From a virus (lineage: Duplodnaviria > Heunggongvirae > Uroviricota > Caudoviricetes), in the IMG/VR virus record IMGVR_UViG_2698536484_000001, positions 1-23,777 of that record: a stretch of DNA of 23,777 bases. The stretch is one strand, 5' to 3'. The notes beneath the pieces are model-generated. The model made no database searches. It saw only the letters and a program-made list of their open reading frames with translations, and had not been told where the DNA came from. A program made the position numbers and the translations under genes. Each line of letters starts with the position of its first letter. Positions within the stretch are counted from its first letter, which is position 1. Below are positions 18,501 to 23,777 of the stretch, in pieces.

Positions 18501-20122
18501 CAGGCCTGTCTCCCTAGCAGCTCCCAGATGTTCAGGGCTGAATTCATTGGGGCATAGTTGATCATCACCGAGTCGGCAAGGTTTGGCGATCGGGTTCCAT
18601 CAGGCTGTTTATCAATAACGATTTTTCCCACACCATTAATGGAATAGGTCGGCTGCGAAAGCTCGATGATGAGTTTATCTTTGAGTGCCATGCTACTGCT
18701 GATTGAGATGATTTCGTCCGGGTTGTAAGCCATACCTTCAACCACGGCGCGCCAGGTATTCTGAAAAAGTTTACGTAACCGCCACCAGCTCTGGGCTTTG
18801 GCGTTAGCGAAGAAGTCCTTGTTCAGACGTGCTGCTTGCCCGTTGTCCCCGCGAACAGCTTCATCATCCGGATCAAATACCGCGCCACTACCTCGAAACG
18901 GTGTGGCAAGTATTGACGGTCGACGCGCAGCGTTACGCAGTTCGTTGATAGCGCGTGCATCGCCGCGAACGCCAGCGCCCAGCCCGTCCTCGTCAAAGCG
19001 AAACTCTTCGAGGTTGTCCTGTTCGCAAAAGCCGAAAACCTTCTCGACGGACTGATAAATGTCGCTGCCCACACCGGACCATTCCCGCACATTTTCCAGG
19101 AGGAAGCCATGACGGGTGGAAAAGGCATTTTTGTCCCTGCCTTCGTCGGCGACATCCATCGCGCCAAGTCGTTTGCCTGTTGGCTGGATACCCAGTTTGA
19201 TATGCGCATCAACGGCAGCCTGTACCCATTCGGATGGAATCAGAACGCCTTCCGCTGATGCGCTGTAGTTCAGATCAAGTTCCTGTGCCACCACCACCGG
19301 ATTATCGATTTTCTCGCATTCCCTGCGATACCACTCTTCATCCTTGCGAGGATCATCCCGCCAGTGGAATGTGAATACCGGTATCTTCCCGCCATGACGC
19401 TTCTGAGCGAACGGGTTAGCCATGCCGTTAACTGAACTCAGGTCGATACGGCAACGCGTCGTTTGTGACAACGCCGCATCAATCAGCAGAGGACGCTGAA
19501 GGAATGCAGCCTCATCAACCAGATAAAGCGTGGTACGGTCACCACGACCAATATTATCGCCAGCCTCGCCTTTGATAACGGCACCAGTTTCAGGAAACTC
19601 AACACGCATATATGGCGCGTGCTTCTTCTCACTCCACGAACCGCGAAACTCTACAGGTAGCGTTTCCACGAACTTGCGTGCCTTCCAGAACAATGCTTTC
19701 GGGTCACCAGTGCTGTCGACGTATTCCTCTTTACGGGAGCCGAAACCGATAACCATTTCTTTGTTGAAGAGACAAAGCGAGCAGGCCAGTCCGATCGCGG
19801 TCCAACTGAGCCCCATTTCACGGGATTTTTCGGTAATACCATTCTCCCGATTGCCCCAGCGTTCCATAATCCAGTGGATCCACTCCTCCTGCTTAGGGAA
19901 GAGTAAAAACGGAATGGTCACCGGCAGGCCATAATCAATATTACGCGGGTCCGTTGTCATGCCCCAGTCGATGATGAACTGAGCCGGATTGGTTCGGTAA
20001 AACTGCTTCAATACGGGCAATATTTCAGGATTCTGGCGAATGCGCTGTAGGCGTTCCATCCGCCATTCAAAAACCATCTGGTAATCAGGATGTTTAAAAT
20101 CGAAGGGGAATGGTAACGGCAT
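18500..20122 (-). CDS. Terminase large subunit
   Basis: 540-aa ORF following the small terminase with a 2-nt gap; Walker-B-like [11 protein letters not shown]; size and position. Confidence 0.8.
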   Translation of the reverse strand: MPLPFPFDFKHPDYQMVFEWRMERLQRIRQNPEILPVLKQFYRTNPAQFIIDWGMTTDPRNIDYGLPVTIPFLLFPKQEEWIHWIMERWGNRENGITEKSREMGLSWTAIGLACSLCLFNKEMVIGFGSRKEEYVDSTGDPKALFWKARKFVETLPVEFRGSWSEKKHAPYMRVEFPETGAVIKGEAGDNIGRGDRTTLYLVDEAAFLQRPLLIDAALSQTTRCRIDLSSVNGMANPFAQKRHGGKIPVFTFHWRDDPRKDEEWYRRECEKIDNPVVVAQELDLNYSASAEGVLIPSEWVQAAVDAHIKLGIQPTGKRLGAMDVADEGRDKNAFSTRHGFLLENVREWSGVGSDIYQSVEKVFGFCEQDNLEEFRFDEDGLGAGVRGDARAINELRNAARRPSILATPFRGSGAVFDPDDEAVRGDNGQAARLNKDFFANAKAQSWWRLRKLFQNTWRAVVEGMAYNPDEIISISSSMALKDKLIIELSQPTYSINGVGKIVIDKQPDGTRSPNLADSVMINYAPMNSALNIWELLGRQA

Positions 20123-20124
20123 AC

Positions 20125-20697
20125 TTAGCCCATCATTTTTCTATACGCCTCTGCAGCCTGCTCCGGCGTTAAGTTGGTAATTTCTGTTCTGACGGGTCCT
20201 CCATCAGCGCCAGTCACTTCATTTTTGACGTTGTCTTTAAACGCCTGAACAGAAACATGACGCCCAAGCAACTCAAGGTTTTTAACCTTATCAGGCCACT
20301 TAATCTTTTTAAGGATCCCGACCATTTCTCTGTCATCTCCTCGCCCCTCAAACATTTCAGCGAGGTTAAATCCACTCAGGTACCGACGCCACGATTCCGG
20401 CCACGCAGACAGAGGCTTAATACTTAAATCGTCCTCCAGGATGTCAGCCACATCGAGCCTGTCGATCTCAACCAGTCGCATCAGCACATAATTCGCATCA
20501 ATGCCCAGTTGATCAATACGCTCCTGCTTTAGCTCGTTAATACGGGCGCGTATCTCAGGTTTACCGTATAGTTCAGCCCCCGTAACATGTGCTCGACTGG
20601 AGACGTAGCCTGCGCGAATAGCTGCTTGTGTAGCATTCAGATCGACAAGAAACTCGCGACAAAACACCTCGTGTTTTGCTTTCAGCTTCTTAGTCAT
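20125..20697 (-). CDS. Terminase small subunit
   Basis: 190-aa ORF; N-terminus [31 protein letters not shown] matches the conserved motif I know from small terminase subunits (KxxxFCxEYL...[12 protein letters not shown]). Confidence 0.75.
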   Translation of the reverse strand: MTKKLKAKHEVFCREFLVDLNATQAAIRAGYVSSRAHVTGAELYGKPEIRARINELKQERIDQLGIDANYVLMRLVEIDRLDVADILEDDLSIKPLSAWPESWRRYLSGFNLAEMFEGRGDDREMVGILKKIKWPDKVKNLELLGRHVSVQAFKDNVKNEVTGADGGPVRTEITNLTPEQAAEAYRKMMG

Positions 20698-20758
20698 TTT
20701 ATTTTCCAGTTATCAGGTCATTATCGAAGCCCCTCCTGGAAGAGCTTCTGTAATGCTA

Positions 20759-21283
20759 TTACCGGGACTGTTCTATTTGTCGGACACCAGCCAACTGGTT
20801 ATTCGCCTTCTCGATGGCAGCCAACAATGGGTTAATCCACAGAACAGCCTGGCAATATGTCAACGTTCTGGTGGTAGTGGCACGATCACCGGCTGAGTCA
20901 ATGTCCCCGGAATCGGCGTGCAATGCGCTGGCGCGTAAACGGTTCGCGTAGTTGAGCAACCCGACAGCAATATCAACAGGAACAGGGAAATCACAGTTCT
21001 TTTCACGGAGCAGAACCTCACGGTATTTGATGACTGTCTTCTCGTGACCGATGTCGACCAGAGAATTTAATCGGCTTGCGTTTTCTGCTATCTGGTTAAA
21101 ACGATTGAAGTTTAATGCCTGATTAGCTATCACTTTCCCTTGATATTCAGCTTCACCTTCCGCTTTATCAGCCCGCAACTTTTCTGCCTGATACTTGCTG
21201 TGGTAATGGTTTGCAGACCAGACGAGCGCCCCAAAGGCAGAGAAGAAAAATGCCGCGATGACAATCTTATAAGTCAGCTTCAT
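20759..21283 (-). CDS. Rz: Rz-like i-spanin
   Basis: 174-aa ORF overlapping the endolysin 3' end; N-terminal transmembrane segment (IVIAAFFFSAFGALVW) followed by WSANHY (compare lambda Rz WAVNHY) and a coiled-coil-like region; contains an embedded +1 lipoprotein ORF. Confidence 0.75.
   Translation of the reverse strand: MKLTYKIVIAAFFFSAFGALVWSANHYHSKYQAEKLRADKAEGEAEYQGKVIANQALNFNRFNQIAENASRLNSLVDIGHEKTVIKYREVLLREKNCDFPVPVDIAVGLLNYANRLRASALHADSGDIDSAGDRATTTRTLTYCQAVLWINPLLAAIEKANNQLAGVRQIEQSR
20860..21006 (-). CDS. Rz1: Rz1-like o-spanin lipoprotein embedded in Rz (+1 frame)
   Basis: Hand-translated +1 frame inside Rz: GTG start at 21006-21004 (GAGG 9 nt upstream), MKRTVISLFLLILLSGC-STTRTVYAPAHCTPIPGTLTQPVIVPLPPER, stop TGA 20862-20860. 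Signal peptide with LSGC lipobox and a Pro-rich mature part with a second Cys, as in lambda Rz1. There is no internal ATG in Rz, so a GTG start is required; 48 aa is too short to appear in the ORF track. Confidence 0.65.
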   Translation of the reverse strand: MKRTVISLFLLILLSGCSTTRTVYAPAHCTPIPGTLTQPVIVPLPPER

Positions 21284-21743
21284 TTACCACCCCACCAGCA
21301 TCTTTAAACCTGGAAATCAGGTCACCGATTTTATGTTCATACTGACCGTAACCTGCACCAGGTAACGACGCCCAGATATTGCTGCAACGGTCGATTGCCT
21401 GACGAATATCGCCACGGTCAATCATCGGTAAAGCGCCACGCTCTTTAATCTGCTGCAGCGCCACAGCGTCCTGACTTTCTGGCGAAAAATCTTTCAGGCC
21501 AAGCTGCTTACAGTAGGCATCCCACCAGCGTGAAAGAAGCTGATACCGGCCTGCGGCTGTTGATTTAAGCTTCGGGTTTAGCGTGACAAGTTTGCGAGGG
21601 TGATCGGAGTAATCAGTGAACAACTCACCTCCGACGATAACGTCATAACCGTGATTACGTGTCGGTTGTCGCCCGTTATCCGTTCCTTCTGACCATGCCA
21701 CCATATCCAGGAAAGCTTTACGTTGGGAATTTAGTGTCTGCAT
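21267..21743 (-). CDS. R: Endolysin, lambda R-type lytic transglycosylase
   Basis: 158-aa protein is near-identical over most of its length to phage lambda R as I recall it (NSQRKAFLDMVAWSEGTDNGRQPTRNHGYDVIVGGELFTDYSDHPRKLVTLNPKLKST...RYQLLSRWWDAY...), including the catalytic Glu in AWSEGTD. Confidence 0.9.
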   Translation of the reverse strand: MQTLNSQRKAFLDMVAWSEGTDNGRQPTRNHGYDVIVGGELFTDYSDHPRKLVTLNPKLKSTAAGRYQLLSRWWDAYCKQLGLKDFSPESQDAVALQQIKERGALPMIDRGDIRQAIDRCSNIWASLPGAGYGQYEHKIGDLISRFKDAGGVVNEADL

Positions 21744-21746
21744 GAA

Positions 21747-22106
21747 TTACTCCTTAGAGCCACCAAACTTGTTACCGATTACTCGCATTGCAGCCCCACG
21801 AATAGCATCGACACCGATCAGCCCAACACCACCACCAATGGCAACAGAAAGCGATTTAGGCCATCCGACATACTCAAGAGCGGATGCAAAAGTCAGCGTC
21901 AGAGCACCACAGAGCAAAATCTCAAGCGTTTTTCGTTTCCAGCCGCCGCCACCGCCAAAATAGGCAATGCGCAAGCCAGCCATAACAATTGACATAACCA
22001 CTGCGCCCAACGGCGTATCTCCACGCCACCAACTTTGTAAGAGTTCCAGTAAGTCAGGCCAGGAATGAGGAGCATTGTGCATTTTCATACTTCCCACCTC
22101 CGCCAT
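21747..22106 (-). CDS. S: Class I holin (lambda S family); probable true start at 22088
   Basis: Three predicted TM segments and a charged C-terminus; alignable by eye with lambda S (RIAYFGGGGGWKRKTLEILLCGALTL vs lambda [26 protein letters not shown]). Track ORF begins MAEVGS-MKMH, but the first six codons encode the Shine-Dalgarno GGAGGTGGG, so the real starts are probably Met7 (22088) and Met9 (22082), an M-K-M dual start like lambda S107/S105. Confidence 0.8.
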   Translation of the reverse strand: MAEVGSMKMHNAPHSWPDLLELLQSWWRGDTPLGAVVMSIVMAGLRIAYFGGGGGWKRKTLEILLCGALTLTFASALEYVGWPKSLSVAIGGGVGLIGVDAIRGAAMRVIGNKFGGSKE

Positions 22107-22533
22107 TACGGGGTGTTGTTGAAAGGCGGGCCCTGCGTATACGCCCGTAGGATTGGGTTATGAGCCGTCCTTCGGTGGGCCCTGAATACAAAAAAAGTTC
22201 GCCATAGCGAACCTTGTTAAATTTGTTAAAAAAGGAGGTTATTTAACATAATGTACGTTATAGGAACCACACGATCCCCGCTCGCAATAGATTTGCGATG
22301 AAAGGCCTATTTAATCAACTTAAGTGGTCCAGAATGACGAAATTCGAGTGAATAAAAGGTGCATAAAAAAGGGCAAAAACTGCATAGCGTTTTTTCGCAG
22401 CGAAAGCCCTGTTTTATTAACTTTTCCCCAGAATGGGGCAATAAAAAAGGCCCCCTTGCGGAAGCCTCTTCGTGATGAACTGTTTTCAACAGATATCAGG
22501 CTAATCGGCTTTTTGGAATTCCACAACTATTTT
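22107..22533 (-). promoter_or_regulatory. Late regulatory intergenic region (candidate late promoter, Q-utilisation site, leader)
   Basis: 427-bp non-coding gap between the 113-aa gene and the holin, the canonical place for the Q-dependent late promoter; contains several GC stems with U tracts (GGGGC-cuuuuuuauu-GCCCC, plus 22435-22454; CCCC-auucu-GGGG) and a 10-bp palindrome GCGTATACGC (22135-22144). Exact -35/-10 elements could not be assigned. Confidence 0.4.
22190..22212 (-). terminator. tR'-like intrinsic terminator upstream of the holin
   Basis: Minus strand reads GUUCGC-uaug-GCGAAC followed by UUUUUUU: 6-bp stem (plus 22197-22212), 4-nt loop, 7-U tract, about 85-100 nt upstream of the holin start, analogous to lambda tR' downstream of pR'. 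Confidence 0.4.
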
Positions 22534-22875
22534 TTATCTTACCTTGATGCCTGATGCCGTCAGATGTTTACGACAGTCCTGAATACCTTCGTTATAACCC
22601 GCATCGTAGAAGCTATCCGGCTTTGCCTTCAGCGCAGGAAGCGTAACGCTGGTAGCTCTTCGTTCGGCCAGAACACCTGCCTGAAAGAGTGTCCACATCA
22701 ACTGAACTGCTGAATCACAGTAAGTAACATCTTCACTGTACAATTCTCGTTCAATCCTGATGCCAAGTTGAGCCTTCATTGATGCGCCAATATTACCTTT
22801 GACCTGCAACGACAGGTCTGGGTACCTCTGTTCCATGAAGCTTTCAAATCTGTTGCGAACGCTGATCAGAGCCAT
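22534..22875 (-). CDS. Hypothetical protein (113 aa) between Q and the lysis cassette
   Basis: ORF with AAGGGAA 6 nt upstream of ATG at 22875; no family recognised; occupies the Q-to-S slot where lambdoid phages often carry morons. Confidence 0.45.
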   Translation of the reverse strand: MALISVRNRFESFMEQRYPDLSLQVKGNIGASMKAQLGIRIERELYSEDVTYCDSAVQLMWTLFQAGVLAERRATSVTLPALKAKPDSFYDAGYNEGIQDCRKHLTASGIKVR

Positions 22876-22906
22876 CTGGTTCCCTTACGTGATTGATTGC
22901 TGGATA

Positions 22907-23329
22907 TTATGCCGCCGAGCAGCTCCTACGCAAAGTCCTGATAGCCTGAGGCTTTGACTGAACCGACTGATCCATTTCGAGCACCACATCCAGCATGGCT
23001 AAGCAACCGTCAATAAATCCCTCTGCCGCCTGAAGCCTCTTCAGAACGTGGGTGTGAGATACGCCGAGCTTCTCACCCATCGCCCGCACGGGCATGGCCT
23101 GGACGTAATGCCACTCAAGGAGCGTGCACAGATACGGATCTTTTTTCTTCAGGCAGCTCATAGCGGAGTTGATGATAAGACCGTCATTGTCACTGCATTT
23201 CAGCCTTCCAGACTGCGTCGCGGGTAGCAGATTCTTAAACCCGGCTGCAACAGGAGGAAAGTAGACGCTACCACCTTCACTCGCTGCCCAGCCACCCCAG
23301 CGCTCTAAAACCTGTTGAATATTACGCAT
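22907..23329 (-). CDS. Late-gene antitermination protein Q (QuuD / phage 82-21 type)
   Basis: 140-aa protein begins MRNIQQVLERWGGWAA...AAGFK and ends ...LKRLQAAEGFIDGCLAMLDVVLEMD, matching the pattern I recall for the E. coli DLP12 QuuD Q-family antiterminator (MRDIQMVLERWGAWAA...AAGFK...KRLQKAEGIIEGML..LD..LEMD); sits upstream of the lysis cassette as expected. Confidence 0.75.
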   Translation of the reverse strand: MRNIQQVLERWGGWAASEGGSVYFPPVAAGFKNLLPATQSGRLKCSDNDGLIINSAMSCLKKKDPYLCTLLEWHYVQAMPVRAMGEKLGVSHTHVLKRLQAAEGFIDGCLAMLDVVLEMDQSVQSKPQAIRTLRRSCSAA

Positions 23330-23374
23330 AGCTCTGACCTCTACGTTTTGCTACGTTTGGAAATTTTCTACTAC

Positions 23375-23605
23375 TCAATACTCGTTGAATGTCAGGTGGC
23401 CGCTAACACTGACGTTTGGCCCGTCAGATAACACAAGCTGGAAATTGTCGTCGCAAACAGAGCAGCCGAGGTCAATAACTACCGTTTTGTCGTGTTTATG
23501 CGCTCGCATGGCGACATCGCGAATAAACACGCTGTTACTAGCGCAGCGTGGGCAGGTAATTTCGTTATTTCCGTCGATATGATTTTTTAATCCTGAAACT
23601 TTCAT
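23375..23605 (-). CDS. Small hypothetical protein with two CxxC pairs (possible zinc ribbon)
   Basis: 76-aa ORF upstream of Q containing CPRC and CSVC (CxxC-x25-CxxC); function unknown. Confidence 0.4.
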   Translation of the reverse strand: MKVSGLKNHIDGNNEITCPRCASNSVFIRDVAMRAHKHDKTVVIDLGCSVCDDNFQLVLSDGPNVSVSGHLTFNEY

Positions 23606-23627
23606 GTTGTTTACTCCAGCTAGTTAT

Positions 23628-23643
23628 TTGCAAATATTTGCAA
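23628..23643. promoter_or_regulatory. Perfect 16-bp palindrome TTGCAAATATTTGCAA (operator-like)
   Basis: Read directly from the sequence; also a tandem repeat of tATTTGCAA (23625-23644); lies 23 bp upstream of the 23375-23605 gene start in an AT-rich intergenic region. Confidence 0.3.
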
Positions 23644-23777
23644 GTTAATTTCCGGGTGACGGCTAGGGAAGGTGCGAATAAGCGGGGAAATACTTCTCGG
23701 CTGACTCAGTCATTTCATTTCTTCATGTTTGAGCCGATTTTTTCTCCCGTAAATGCCTTGAATCAGCCTATTTAGAC

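Larger units (their letters stand above)
1..23777 (-). mobile_element. Prophage/phage late region (antitermination, lysis, packaging, head, contractile tail), partial at both ends
   Basis: Continuous co-directional minus-strand gene array with canonical order Q - holin - endolysin - Rz/Rz1 - terminase small/large - portal - head - tail - baseplate - tail fibre; many start/stop overlaps typical of phage operons. No integrase or att site in window. Confidence 0.85.

Noticed and set aside
20713-20721. Mini-ORF ATG-ACC-TGA with a strong GGAGGGG Shine-Dalgarno upstream of the small terminase gene
   Set aside because: Only two codons; most likely a chance ATG near purine-rich sequence. Would only matter if shown to regulate terminase translation.
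22107-22533. Possible tRNA gene between Q and the holin
   Set aside because: Lambdoid phages often carry tRNAs here, but I found no T-loop-like GTTCRANYC motif or cloverleaf-compatible arrangement on either strand.
1-23777. CRISPR arrays, integrase, transposase or IS elements, att sites
   Set aside because: No repeat-spacer periodicity, no recombinase-like ORF and no flanking direct repeats seen in this window; the prophage ends must lie outside it.

Overview
The whole window reads as the late region of a tailed prophage, with every credible gene on the minus strand (transcribed from high to low coordinates). Order: a small Zn-ribbon gene, a QuuD-like Q antiterminator, a 113-aa unknown gene, a 427-bp regulatory intergenic region with a tR'-like terminator, a lambda-type lysis cassette (holin with M-K-M dual start, R-type endolysin, Rz with an embedded Rz1 that the ORF track misses), terminase small and large subunits, portal, Mu F/SPP1 gp7-like head morphogenesis protein, scaffold-like, decoration-like, major capsid, four head-tail joining proteins, then a contractile tail (sheath, tube, chaperone with a -1 frameshift extension, tape measure) and a Mu-like baseplate, ending in the 5' part of a tail fibre gene that runs off the window. 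The most interesting element is a visibly AT-richer insert in the baseplate module, between the hub and spike genes: a small secreted protein gene, then two translationally coupled unknown genes ending in a strong intrinsic terminator. I propose the two-gene unit as a candidate accessory (defence, abortive-infection or exclusion) system of unrecognised type. All plus-strand ORFs in the track look like antisense artefacts. Nothing here was searched against databases; family calls rest on motifs I recognise, gene order and size.
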